DNA of 64,000 bases. Source: Lingula anatina (lineage: Eukaryota; Animalia; Brachiopoda). Positions 1-18,881 of the stretch are shown here, in pieces. The stretch's first letter is position 1, and each line of letters starts with the position of its first letter. The stretch is taken from the NCBI GenBank assembly GCA_051362555.1, contig CM120643.1, positions 23,254,848-23,318,847 of the forward strand. The letters run 5' to 3'. Made by a program: the position numbers and the translations under genes. Under the pieces are notes generated by a model. It did not search any database. It was not told the DNA's origin and saw only the letters and a program-made list of their open reading frames with translations.

Positions 1-390
1 GTTTGGCAACAACACTGGCATTTTTCTTTACATCTGATGGATAAAGAAATGAATATTGCACTGATTTTATAAAAAAGTTAACAAATTAACCCTTAAAATG
101 TAAAAACGTCTGTTGTTAAGATGACAACATTCATAATACACGGAAGAAAACATTTTAAAGGACATTTAAAATAACAATACTAAATCAACTAAAAACTAAA
201 CACAAAGTAGCAGTTCTTTTTCTTGTAAAAATTTTTCTAAATTTAAACTGAAGTCATATGTATGTGGTTTAGGAAATAATATTTTCTGTTTGAAATATTT
301 AAAAAATAATCATGAATTAGGCAATGAAATATAATTTTTTGTCTAAAAAAATATGTGAGATGTCCCTGTGGTGATTCCCTTAATTGTTAC

Positions 391-5685
<5,295 letters not shown>

Positions 5686-8343
5686 GATGAAACCAACAAT
5701 CTGAAATTAAAAAGAAGTAAATTAGATGAAAACTTTACCCAATTAACATTTCTACAATCACTGGCCAAGTTAACGAGAGGTTAGTGGGGATTGAGTTATC
5801 TTACCATCATGTCTGAAAAATGCCAACTAGTCATTGTCATGTTTATCAGTCATGACAGCATTTTGAAAAAGTGAAAGTGAAAGTCCTGAATCATAAACTC
5901 AGGCTTAGCATAATGAAAACTCTGAGATTGCACAAACATTCAAGACACTGTGAAATGTTTAAGGAGTAGGATACACAAAATCGGTGTTTAACTTGTTGTG
6001 GTGAATATTCAACTATTATTTATTTCAATAATTTATGTTTTTTACCAAAGAGGAGGCTTACTGAACCAACCCCTATTCTTTCAACCCCTATTCTTAAAGG
6101 TACTATATTTAATAACAGTCATGTTGAAAAGTTTCGTCAGGTATTTTTTTAAATCTCAATAGAAATTAATGTAAAAGACCTTTTCCACACAATTACATTA
6201 TTTTGTCTGCTGCTGGCTCTCCTACTAGTACTTCATCAAGGACTGTGAACAGGCAGAATATTGGGCAGTTAAGTTCTATTATCAGTTGAGTATATTTCTC
6301 AAGCTGACTGACAACACAAATCTCTCTAGATAACATTCAGAAATTTGTATAGGGCACCTGTCTTATACAATCACACAGAATGGTCACCTGATCAAACTGA
6401 TACGGCCTTTGTACTTGGAGATGTCACAAACAGATCACTGACCCAGGCTATAACCACCCGCCCTATCTTGTCACTGTACTCTGTAAACACATCAGTGGCA
6501 TGTTGTTTATCACACAGGACAGAGACATCAATCTTACAGTGACACTGCTAAATTTTAAAACTGATCAAAGCTAGTCACTTATGATGCATTATTGTCGTAG
6601 AAAAAATTGGGCAGATTTCTAATATATGGCACAGCGAGTGTGTCACTGTGTTAGAAAGTGGGTGTTATACATGAATGTTATAGAATCAAGAAGCAGCTCA
6701 TAGACTGATAATATGTCCATACAACACTGAACAAGAGAGGCATAGCTCAACACATCAGTTATATAAAAACATCATATATATTATATACAATTTCAATCTA
6801 AAATCACATACGGCAGTTAAAATTCTGAACATGACCCCCATACTAGTAACAAGGCCAGTACTAGTAGAAGGTCAGGAGATGACTTATCTGTATATATATA
6901 TCTACTAGTATCCTACTTTCATGTCCTGAATCGGCCTCTTACACCACAATAATGTGAACAAGACTAATACAGGGTGACCCCCCAAAAAAATAGATCCCAT
7001 TAAGTTTTTATGGAGTTTTTATCTGTGGGGGTATCTCAAGGATAATGTGTACCACAAACAACCCTTTAACAATTGGTGAACTACTAGTAATGCAAATAAG
7101 CGACCAAGATAACTGAAACTTTGGGAGTATAATCATGCACATATTGAACTAAATCGAGCCTCTATATTATTACGCACTTGTACATGTATGTCGCATACAG
7201 TGGACAACTCGTGTTGTAACTAGTATTTAAATTATGTAAAGGTTTTCTACCAGTGTTGATTATATGGGCAGCACTGCAAAATGCCAGTATATCCATCTAG
7301 ACTTAAGTAATAACACAATTAAGGCAGCTTAATTAAATAAACTAAATACATAGTAAAGTAGTCTGCGGTACAATTTTATATAACAATAAAATGACATTTT
7401 GTTTCTCCAACACCTTCATTATTAATACAGATCATCAGCGATCAGCAGCAACTGATACTTGTTACACAGAAAAGTTTGCAGCTGGAATTAAACATCCAAA
7501 TATAATAATAATCAAAGATTTATTTCTGATGTACTTCATAAGCACACTTAGGCTTAGTATGCTAATTGAATGTAATCTAGCATTTTAATCAAATGAACCA
7601 TTTAATCACAGTCATTTCAGTAAATAACACAAGTAATTAAATGCAGTCAGTGTTACTTCCTGGTTATTGTTAGAAAGGAGAAAGGAGGCTTGATAATATC
7701 ATTAGTGGCCATCACTATTTTTGCCGTTTCTCAGATATAAGAAATATTTAACATTTCAAATCAAAATTCACTTTTACTCAGATTCTTGGCCAAGTATTTG
7801 TAAACATATAATATAATATAGACCTTGGCCAAGTATTTGTATACATATAATATAAACCATATGTAATGAGCCAAGAGGAAGTATTTTTCAAAATACATGA
7901 CTGGGAACACGCGTGTGCCTTGGCAGGCTGTGGCAATAACATAGTTGTAAAAATACACGTCATCCATAAGCTTGCTCTGTGCACACACGTAGGGCGAAAG
8001 ATGGATACGTCCACTACTTGAATTTCCCATAATCAAGTAATTCCTCTACTGTGCTCTTACCTTGTGCTCTAGCCTGCTACGGAGCATAAGTTGATCTCCA
8101 TGCTTTTTATCTATTTTGTCTACTGACAAAAACACACCTTACTTTTCTACATTTTATAGGTCTTACTCAAAGTCTAAGCATATTTACAAGAAATATAGAA
8201 TATAACATTGATCATAAGACACTAATGAGACACCCATCAAAAGAGATTAAATCGGTTTCAAACTCACATGGAAAGTTATTCACTCGCGTTGCTCTGTTCT
8301 CTGCCCGGTGATAACAACATGACCTACTTTTAAGAGCATGCAA

Positions 8344-8353
8344 GTCATGTGAC
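8344..8353. promoter_or_regulatory. CLEAR/M-box-like E-box (GTCATGTGAC) in the divergent ATP7 / SLC15-A intergenic region
   Basis: One mismatch to the GTCACGTGAC TFEB/MITF site, about 430 bp upstream of the SLC15-A ATG. Function is not shown. Confidence 0.35.
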
Positions 8354-8775
8354 CTTTCAGATGTCAATATCGAATACGTCACACACAGAATTGTACAAGA
8401 AAAAAAATAATAGTTATTATTATTATCATTATTCATTTGGCATGAAATGATTTTATTTAATAAACTTTCTAAATTACTGTCAATTAGAGAACAATCAATA
8501 AACATTTTCAAGGAATTTGATAAATACCCCCCCCCCCCAAGTTTTAGTAGGCTACATTTTACAGTGTGGATTTTTGAATCTGAAGATGCATTCCTAATAA
8601 TTCCTGTTATCCAATATCTTAACTTCGGTTTTTCTTGCATCACAAGGAGGTTTTAGAGGTTTTGTGATAAAATTCTTTGTTTTAATATGCGTTTGTTCTA
8701 ATAGCGAAGAATGGAGGGCAGTGACGCAGAGTGTCCGTCACAGTTGACCCGGTAGTGATAGATGGACGCCTCAAA

Positions 8776-11700
8776 ATGGCGTTTTCTAAATCAGCTTTGC
8801 TGGTACTTCTGGCATTAATGTGTGAGCGGGCTGTCTATTTTACAGTCGAAAACTATGTAAATGATTTATGGACCAAGGCTTCAAATTCAAGTAACACCAT
8901 ATGCAACACACTACAGGAGAACAACTACACAACCAATGATGCAGTATTTGCACATATGATGTTTGTAGGTAAGTGGTAAAAAAAAAAAAAATGATTGACG
9001 ACGTGATTGATGATGTGACTTGTCTTTTTTAAACCTTTTTCTGTCGGTTTGATCATCTGTCTGACTCTCTGTCCGTCTGTCTTCTCCAGTGGTGCTTATA
9101 TATCCCTTGCCTGTTTGTTTGCTGTTCATCTCTTTGTCTCTCTGGACATTAAGAAAAGCATTTTGTACGCCTGATATGGGGTTTCTTATTAAATAAGTAA
9201 CATAATTCGTTTACCAATAGACAATATAACGTGAAAAATACTTTGACAAAATGTTCATAACAGTACTTGTTTATTTTGGAAAAAAAAAAACGGTTTGGAT
9301 ATCTAAGCTAAATTTTTCAATGTACTTTGCCTAACGTCAGCCGACGAAGAGGGCGTATTAATATTGTCTAATTGGGGCTCTATAACTCTTATCTGTTTTG
9401 CAAAACCTGCTTGATATTTATTTAAACTGACTAGTCACTGACATTTAACGCAAGGTGCGTCATTTTTAACTGTCCTTATCTCTATGGCTCATATTAACTA
9501 TGACGTAAGTCACGTTTGTACCCTTGTTCTGAACGCAATGCGGTTACATGTATCATCAACAATAGATATACAGTTTTTGTGTACTAAAATATACATGCGT
9601 AGTATTATTTTCACAGAACTCCCTTATTATCAACACACGACGACATAATCTTTTAACTTGATAATCAGTACTCTTTTGCCAGGTGCATCAGCGTGTTTTG
9701 GAATATTTGGTGGGGCCTTCGCTGATGCATTTCTTCATCCAATTCCAACGCTGGGAGCAGGGTATGTTGTCCTCAGTATAGGTAAGTATGACAGTTACAA
9801 TAATGCGTGCAGCTCGCATTTAACGAAATGATATACACTGGCGAATCCGGGGCCTTTATAAGTTGGAGAGGAAGGGTATTACATGTGAAAAAGGGGTAAT
9901 TTCTTGTCTGGGTCTAACTCGTCTCATTCGTTATACCGCATTTAATTCTAAGTTATATTTAATTTTTATGGTGACTGGCGAAAAGCAGTGGCCTCTTAAT
10001 CAAGAGAGAGTCACGTGCTCGCTGCCCCTCGTCCCCCCCTCGCCAATACACTATTGGATGTAGATGCATTTATTGTGGCGTACATAAAATATATCAAAAA
10101 CATAAATTGTGTATGAAGAGTCTTACAAACATTGAGAACATTTTTTTGTTAAACACATTGTCAAACACAATGGATATATACGCTCATTAAAACCTCAATC
10201 TTAGGTTACATTTGCCACGGGCGCCTCACGATGAATTACTATATGTTTTTCCGTGTATTTTTTGCACATATTATGTTTCCACGTGTTTTGTTGAGTATGT
10301 CTACATGTGGGTGCCGTGCTAAATCGGGCTCTCCTTTGAACAGTGATCACACGATGGGAGTCCTTTTAATCTCCATGAAGATGCCGTATAGCGACATAGG
10401 CCTTTGTCCTTCTTGAAGATTGACACGTTGTTGATGCAGCCCGTAGGTTTTTTTTATCAACCACATGACACAAAACCTACGGGCATACGGTTTGAAAAAG
10501 TTGTCAAAAGTTCAAAAAAGGCTACGGGGGTCTTAAATCCATACGGACTTCCCGGTTCACCGTCCACCTCCGCACAGACGTATGCCAAAAAAGACATTAC
10601 ATTGCATGGCAAATGTGACCGAGGCTTTAATAGTCTTAAAAATGACAGACACTTATACATATACATATACACGCGCGCGCTTGCATGCACACCCCAAATC
10701 TCTTTGGTTGTGTCTTGAGTACATTATTTTCATTCTCAGGTCTTGTTCTTCTGGAGTATGCTGCATATGAAGCTGAGACAAATGTAATGTTAAAGTAATC
10801 CGATAAAGTTTCATTTGTTTTAACAAATGATTTAAAAATTATTTATATTATTTGATATATGGTACATATATTTCTCAAGAATTGTCTATTGTAATTAAAC
10901 GGAATTTCATTTAATTAAATACATCTTTGTTACAGAGACTTATGCATTTGTTGTTATGTACTGTATGTATTTTTACCTGTGAACGCTTATTTACAAAGGA
11001 TATTCGGAAGCATATTAAATATTGTAAAATTTAGTATAAAATGTTGTAAAAAATTCCTGTTAAACTTCCAGATAGTAAATTAAATTATCATCAATTTATA
11101 TCAAACTTCATTTTCTTCCCAATGCTCTTTTTTTCTCACTAACCAAACTATCATATGCATAAAATTATCCACATTTCCTGTAAAACCTTTTCAAAACAAT
11201 TACAGCATTCGTAATCCCAGCCTGTTGCATTCAGGATTAAAATGTGGTAGTGGTGCCTAACCATTGATTATAATTATTTGATACGTTTTGATTTTCACGT
11301 GCATGACTCAATGTACACAACGCATATTATAATAAATTATTCCAAAATTTCATTTGAACATACATGTGCATTGAACAGAATCAGTTTAACATGCAGGTCC
11401 TATATGTGAGAGTTTTGTTTGGTGCTTCTTCACATGATGAGTCAAGTTGTTTTATGAGAAATGTCTTCTGTCTATATTATTTATATATTATTTATATATT
11501 TGAGACAAAATGTTAAGGTAGAGTCAAGATAAATTCTGTATAACATTTATGAGAACTTGGAGCATTTTATCAATCGGAGAAAATAAACTGTTCTATGAAC
11601 TCGAAAATTGCCTTTTTTTAATTTCACATTATGGCTCTGACATACGATAAGTGTATCCCTTCTGTGGACCAGGGACAAAAGAACGCCATGTCCACAAATA

Positions 11701-14106
11701 CAGTATATGAGAAATATAGTTATTTTTAATTTGTTTACGACATATTGCAGCCTTCAGCCGCCAGAGACCTTGTCTTAACAGGACTTGCGACTACAGGTTT
11801 GGGACACGGTTGTATTGGGGCTGTCTTGCCGGTAGTGGGCGCTGCACAAGTGCCGGACAAAAATAATCGCAGACGATTTATTCACTGGTACTAACGACAC
11901 GCATTTTTAAAAACTAATTGCATCTGTTATTAATATGATATTGCTTCTCATGATGCTTATCGTCAATATTTAATGTGTGAAACGAACATTTGCAGTTATG
12001 TTATCTACCGGTAGTAACGTAAATTGCGTTTAAAATACTTCTCACGATGTGTGTCTTTCTGGCTAAACATCATTTGTGCATAACCTATTGAAATACATTC
12101 CGTTATCTAATAAATCAGGTGTTCAAGCAAACATCGTATAAGGGCACCCTGTAATGATTTATTTGACATGTATAAATAAAGCCGATATATGATTACCAAC
12201 ACGCTTCATCATTCACAGGTATTACGTATGGAGAAATGTCGGGGCCATCATCGCTGACACATCACGCGCTGTCTTTGTCCAGTACGAAATCGAGTTCCAC
12301 ATTAAGTATTTGATAGCTCCGGTTTCAGGCGCTCTATCTGACATACTAGTTTTGGCGGCCATTTTGGTCAGAAAAAAGCCGCCGGAAGAAAACCCGCCGC
12401 ACTCCACCTGCAATGAAGGTAAGTTGACTGTCACTGAAAAAGTGACTTTCATGCTGTATATGCACTACTTATAGTAGAAGACTTACGAGTTTCACGTGGT
12501 CCCACTTATATAGCTACTATCACCATCAGCATCATTATCACCAACATCATTCTTCGCCCTTTGCGAAACGACATTCTCAAACCCAGGCCTACCCAACTAC
12601 CAGACTCGGCACCGAATGATCCTGAATTCACCGGTAGATCGGACCACACTACCCGTTTTCAAGGTGTGTATCAGATCGCATTTCACAGTGTCAGACGCGA
12701 CACCGCTCTTGCCTTGTACGCGATGTGATAGTGATGATTCTCAGCGAGGTTGAAAAGTATTGCATCACCACTTAAAATTTGTTCGGGGTATGATACTGTG
12801 AAATGCGATCTGATACGTAGGCCTACCTTGAAAACGGGTAGTGTGGTCCGATCGACCGGTGAATTCAGGATCATTCGGTGCCGAGTCTGGTAGTTGGGTA
12901 GGCCTGAAACCAACGTTGCATCTGTCTCATTATTCCTTGTGCACTTGTTTGCACTAGCATTTGGTCTCAGAACAGTGTCATGCATAATGGTGATTATCTG
13001 ATCATGAATGGGTTACATTAGTCTACATTTGGTCTTCCTCCCTTGGCCTTACCACAAGTAGTGTTCAAAATGTAAGACTGGGTTCCCATTCCTAGCTCGA
13101 TCTAACAGGGTCGATCCACCTCCGGGGGGTTTCTCGCTAAATTGCTTTCAGCTGAAGCTGCTACACGATAATTAATTACCCCCTAGCAGCTCGAGACAGA
13201 CATCTAAGCCGCTTAAGTTGATTGCAATTTAGCGAGAATCCCGTCAGAGATAAATCGCTTCACAGTTAGTACGATAGGGTCTGGGAATGGTCCCTAAGCT
13301 TCTGGTTACAATAAAATGCGGGCACTGTAGTTGTTATCAAATAACACCATTGTTAATTTAGCATAACACCTTCATGTATTTACCCTATACAGTACTTCTG
13401 TAGTATATAAACATGCATATTATACCGGTACATTTGTTTAACATTACAGGTACAACGCTGCCTAATGTTTTGTCATCGGCGTTTCAATTATGCAGAAAAG
13501 GGTGCCTGTTGAGTACATCATATCGTGGAAGGGAAAATATGTCACGGGGGTCGAATTTAAGAGCAGTTCTTAGGATTCTGTTGGTTAATTCTGCTGTCGT
13601 TGGATTTGGATTTCTTTACTTCCCGGTATGATGAAATCACTAAATCAACACAGCAATCAATAAAGTATCGATCTATCGCTCAAACAATTAATTGTAAATC
13701 AAGTAAAACCGACATTTCTTTCTCCTCCCCTCCATTTAGTCCTTACAGCTCAGTCATTTCTTTCACAGATAGATCATGACTACGAATTCTGATCAAACTC
13801 AATTTGCCAACAATTTATTTCAATTTTGAATTGCAGTTCCTTACCATGTAATTTTTCAGATGATTACATTATACGAGTTGCAAGCATTTGGGCTTAACGG
13901 AACTGTGGCTGGGCACCCGTTTCCATCTCCTTCAACTCAGCTTATCTTGTTTAATGAGGTTGTGGTCGTTTTTGTCATCCCTTTTACTCTCTACTGTCTT
14001 TATCCACGGATATGTCCCCGCGGCGGACCGCATTATATAACAAAGACATGTAAGTATTGAAAACATGTTGTTATATGCAATTTCGCAATTAAGTCGTACA
14101 GAAAGT

Positions 14107-14149
<43 letters not shown>

Positions 14150-16451
14150 TAGTTCATCAAAATGCACTCAACGTAAAAAAAATGATAAATGATTAAAACT
14201 GTTAAAACGGAAATGCAGCTGCTATTTGAAATTCATGATAATCGATTTTAAGTATAAATTTATTTTTTATCAGGGCTATATTTAGAGACTTTTTATTCCA
14301 ACATACTGTATATTCTATTTCAAATGAAAGAACACTACGTAGAAATGCAGTTACTCCGAATAACAAAATATTTTTTTTACAGTTTATGCCCTGAGTTCAA
14401 GAATAACCTGTCTTTTTTATTTTAGGAATGACCTGTCTTTTTTATTTTAGAACTGATAATGATTATGGGATTTTTAAAGTATCTTTAAAAAAAACTACAT
14501 TCTAAAGTTTTTATGAACAATATCTTCTAACCCCTTTTTGTGTTTTAGGACATATTCATTATATCACTTAATTTTATGTCAATACTGTGGTAATTTGTAG
14601 TATTGAAAAAGATCACATGTTAAGGTTAATTTGAATTTCATAGTGCATATAACTGTAAAGCGCATTTCGTTTAACAAACTGTATACATGTATAATTGGCA
14701 TAACAATTCGCATGACTAATGCTCTATTTAAGAAATAAACCTTACTATCATTTTTTCTTAGGTATTGGCATGGTCTTCTCCGTCATATCTGGGTTTGTCG
14801 CCATCATGCTAGAGACAGTTCGGAAAAAAGACAGCGAAAACAACCACGGCTATTCCACAATCAGTATATTTGCCCAAGGACCTCAATATAGTTTGATTGC
14901 ACTCGCTGAAGTTTTTACAGAGCTTACAGGTACTCTTACACATGTCTTTTCCTCTATATTTTTCAATCGTATTTCGCCATTCTTGTCAAGCAGCACGACT
15001 AGAAACACGGCAACATTCGACACGTGTTCAAGCAGCTCACTAGTGGTTATATTTTTTTCTAAGCTGCAGCTTGGTTTTTTCCTCTTCAACTGAAGTCAGC
15101 ATGTTAACCTATGGTCATAATGTTTGTAAAGTTCGTAAACGTGTACTGTATATATGGCGGTCATTTGGGCCAACATGAAATACTCCGTTCACAGGTTCCG
15201 ATACCGTCCTCCTCGTACCTAATAGCCGATCATTTTTTGTGTGATATGCTTCGTTAACATATTTTATCCGAACGTAGTATCACTTTAAAATACCGATGAT
15301 GTGAAGACAGAAATTCACATATTCGTCCACGTCATCCAAAGAAACCTTTCTGTTCACGGCTTAAATCGTGGCCACTTGACTCCGACCCTTGGCTCCAACA
15401 GATTGAAATTAAAAGAATTACAACGTATTTGTTAACTTGATACATTTTGCAGGTACATGTACAGTACACATCATATTTCCTTATATAGGGTTTGGCAGTG
15501 TGTGTTTGTTTTTGTGTGTTATTGCTGTTGGTGGTGTTGACGTGGGGGTGTTAGAAAGGAAGTACGAAGGAAATTGGTCGGATTTTTTTGGTCAGCATGT
15601 TATCAATACATATGTATAAAAAACAGCTACAGGGGTTACAAAAGTATTACACCATCATTAATGTGCTATGTGATATGGGGGACCCATTCGTAAAAATTAA
15701 GTGATTTGCGGTTTATTTTATGCTCAAAACATAATATATAAAAGACAGAAGAAAACCTGTGCATATTTTCAGTGATGGAGTACTCTTATATGGAGGCCCC
15801 CGATGGTATAAAGTGCTTTAGCATGGGCCTACACCAGGCGGCGCTGGGCCTTTCATACTTGATTGCAGTTGGAATTGAAGCGTTGGTGAGAAAAACTCGG
15901 CCAGGTAAGATGTCTATCATGAATATCGAACATATTCTACGGGGCCATTGTACCATTTGGCATAGGCAACTGGTAAATAATGAAACAGTGATGTTATTCT
16001 AAAATGGGTCTAACCTGTGATCGACATTTCCAAATAGATGTAATACTTCTTAACAAGATTTGGAATTTATACGATTAATTTGTTTCATCACGTTTCGTTC
16101 ATCTCAATCCTGTACGAAAGAACCTATACTAGTATATAGAAGTGGTCGCAAGCATAAATAATGTCTTTGAAAACATGTTATTAAAATTGCCATTGTTTGA
16201 TTATACGAAAATTAAAATTTGTTTAGGTTACAGTTAAGGCAAGTCACTGTATGTTATAATTATAGATAATAAATTGTTTTTCTTTCTTTGTAGACTGGCA
16301 TTTGTCTGATTTAGGGGACATCTGTGGTGGCGATTCTCAATTGGAAAGTTTTCTGGGTATATTGGTCCTGTTAAGCGTCGTTTTTTCTCTTATCTTCCCT
16401 ATGGTCACAAGAATTCCAAAGAAAAGACCAGGCTACACCAGACTGAGATGA
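8776..16451 (+). CDS. SLC15/POT (PTR2) family peptide/histidine transporter-like, copy A, about 498 aa
   Basis: Ten exons: 8776-8968, 9683-9781, 10740-10783, 11751-11887, 12219-12418, 13450-13625, 13860-14049, 14762-14929, 15773-15904, 16294-16451. All introns are GT-AG and the frame is open. POT-like motifs: CERAVYF, GGAFADAFL, GAAQV, FIHWYYVWRNVGA, QGPQYSLIALAEVF, EYSYMEAP. Confidence 0.88.
10200..10627. mobile_element. Degenerate Harbinger-like MITE in SLC15-A intron 2
   Basis: Inverted ends ggttacatttgcca ... tggcaaatgtgacc. An orthologous insertion is present in copy B at about 20925-21707. Confidence 0.6.
12584..12906. mobile_element. MITE with about 100-bp TIRs (CAGGCCTACCCAAC...) and 5-bp TSD AAACC
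   Basis: Near-perfect long inverted arms. AAACC occurs at 12579-12583 and 12907-12911. The element is absent at the paralogous site in copy B. Confidence 0.9.
13076..13294. mobile_element. Harbinger-like MITE (GACTGGGTTCCCAT family), shorter form
   Basis: Flanked by TAA. Same family and same intron position as 23390-23872. Confidence 0.65.
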
Positions 16452-17599
16452 AATATAAATATAAGGGTCTATGGTGAAATTGGCAGATCTGCATCTACAT
16501 GTATTGCAAATTATATTTGTTTCAGTAACAATGGTGCATGGATGATCCAAACCTGTGTCCTTCATTCTGCATGCATTTTATCATTTCTTGCGATAATGTA
16601 CCAGTCCTCAATACAACGAAGACGATGTTGTTATACATAGGCCTACTGTATGTACATGCACTTGCAGTTGCCAACATAAAATAACTGTAGGTGAAGAACT
16701 TCCCAAAACAAGATCCGCATTATCAATTACCGTAATTAATTACTTAGTTTCCTATTTCTTTGGCAATTTATTCACGAAAGCACTATTTCACACACACGGA
16801 TAAAAGGTTAATCATGCCAAGAACGGCGCATACAAGAGAAAATATTATCACTATTGACGAAAAGTGTATAGAAGAGTAAGTTGCAAATACGAAACAATTA
16901 AGATCACTTTATGTTTTAACTGACAGACATTCTAGAAACATACTGTGCTTGCATTATATTAAATAGACGTTGAATGTGATCTTTTGTCGTTACCGCAGAT
17001 GACGCTGTGATTTGTTAGCAGAACAAAAGTCTTGAAACTTTACTTCCTTTATTTAACTTAAAATTGTCCTGAATTGAAAAGGTTATTAAAAAAGTGACCC
17101 CTGGACTATTAGAATGTCTCAGCGGCATCCTGCGGAAGTAATGTACAGTATTAAATTTCTGAAACGCACTGCTTATACCTGCCAAATTTTGAGCAAGACA
17201 TAGCGAGCGCATTGTGCTCTATTCTTTTAATCCATCACAGTTTTTGACATTTGCTGGAACAGACCACATTAAGCGAATGGGATATAAGATGGTGACCGCC
17301 GTAACTGTGAAATTCAGTTTCTTTTTCTGTAGAAATTTAATGCTTTTATCATCTTATCTTCAACTACTATAACAACCAACAATAGTGCATATTACGTAAG
17401 ATTCAAAAGTACAGATGCAAAGAGAAAATGTGATCAAATGGATTGGCAATTTGCGGTCTTACGATGTTGAAGAGGAATAGCATTGTTAAATAAACAGAGT
17501 GACGTTGTTTGTTTTTAATTGGCTGTTGGTTGTAAAGCTGATAGGTTTCCCTACGAATCCAAATTTCGCAACAGGGACCCACAATCAAGATATAAAAAT

Positions 17600-18080
17600 T
17601 GTTGCGAATGGCGTCACATTAGACACACCATGTGATGTGTCGAATGTGACGCCATTCGTAAGATTGTGTAAAGTAAATTATAACGGCAAGGTAATGGTGT
17701 AGTTTAGAGGTAAGTTTCAGGTTATCTCTGAAACTCAGAGTGATATTGAGGAGCACAATCAATGAATATTTAAAAACAATTTGATAATCATAATCCCACC
17801 CATGTTAAGTACATTTTTCAAAGTGGGTTTGTGATTCATGAATTGATCTTGAAAGGCGACAGTTGAGCGGTAGTGAAAAACGTTTTACCCCCGTACAAAA
17901 TGCATGCCACGAAAAAGGACTGACGGTTGAGGCATCTGGCAGAAACCTGGAGAAATGGAGCTAATGGAGGAGGCCTTTATTTATGTGCAAGGCCATGAAA
18001 GTACATGCTGATACCATCTGTTTCATGGTCAGGCCAAGAGACTAATACGTGGTGTGTTGAATGTGACACCATTCGCAACA
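17600..18080. mobile_element. Unclassified inverted-repeat element (TGTTGCGAATGG...CCATTCGCAACA)
   Basis: About 30-bp inverted ends plus an internal extra right arm that forms a 60-bp hairpin at 17602-17661. No clear TSD. Confidence 0.5.
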
Positions 18081-18881
18081 AACGCAATCATTAGTTAGAG
18101 TCTCACAAGGCCCGTAATTACAATATTCATGTTGAAAAATTTTCATTGCCTGCTTTATGTTGGATCTTAGCTTGGGCCAACGTGTTATTTGACAGTCAGC
18201 AGGTTTCTGACGAAAACTACCGTACATGTTTGAACTCATGGCAGCCTCTCGCGATTTCTCCAACTCATTTTATCAATCGGTACTGTACCTGTCGTTTTCA
18301 AAGGCAGATAAAGATTTTTTGCTTGTTAGCCTTCCAAAGTTTGTAACTATAACAATTTTTAGTATTTGACATTTTATTCAATTTAATCATTTATGTGTCA
18401 GGCACGTAGGATGCAAACATTAAGTGGGGTGTGTGGGATGGGGTGAGGGGTGGGGTAAAAATTTATGGTGATGTCTGATGGGGGATTCCCCTCATCCCCT
18501 TTTTATCTGCGCTTATTACTGAATTGGTTACTACGTGACTTAACTACCTGACTAAACTTCATCCCCGGCTCCTGATAAGAAGGTATTCTATCACTGTGCA
18601 GCGTACTTTTACATCCTTGGAGATGCGTGCCTATTAATTCGTTTTAAGTGTCGGGGTACTTATCAATAGCTGACAGAATTTTTTAATATCTTAACTTAAA
18701 TTTCACTTTAATTAATGCAACAACGAGGGTTTTGCATCAGAAGGAGGTTTAAAGGGTTTTCTGATAAAATTCCTTGTTTTATAAATATGCAATTGTTCTA
18801 ATAACAGTAACGCAGTGACGCGGTGTGTCTGTCAAAATTGACCCGGTAGTTTTTTAGTGATAGATAGATAGACGCCTCACC

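Noticed and set aside
7980-7986. Metal response element TGCACAC near the ATP7 5' end
   Set aside because: A single degenerate 7-mer is expected by chance several times in 64 kb.
12222-12452. Antisense ORFs over coding exons (also 22943-23140, 45375-45593, 56420-56638)
   Set aside because: These are shadow frames of real SLC15/MCT exons. Their conservation follows from the sense-strand gene.
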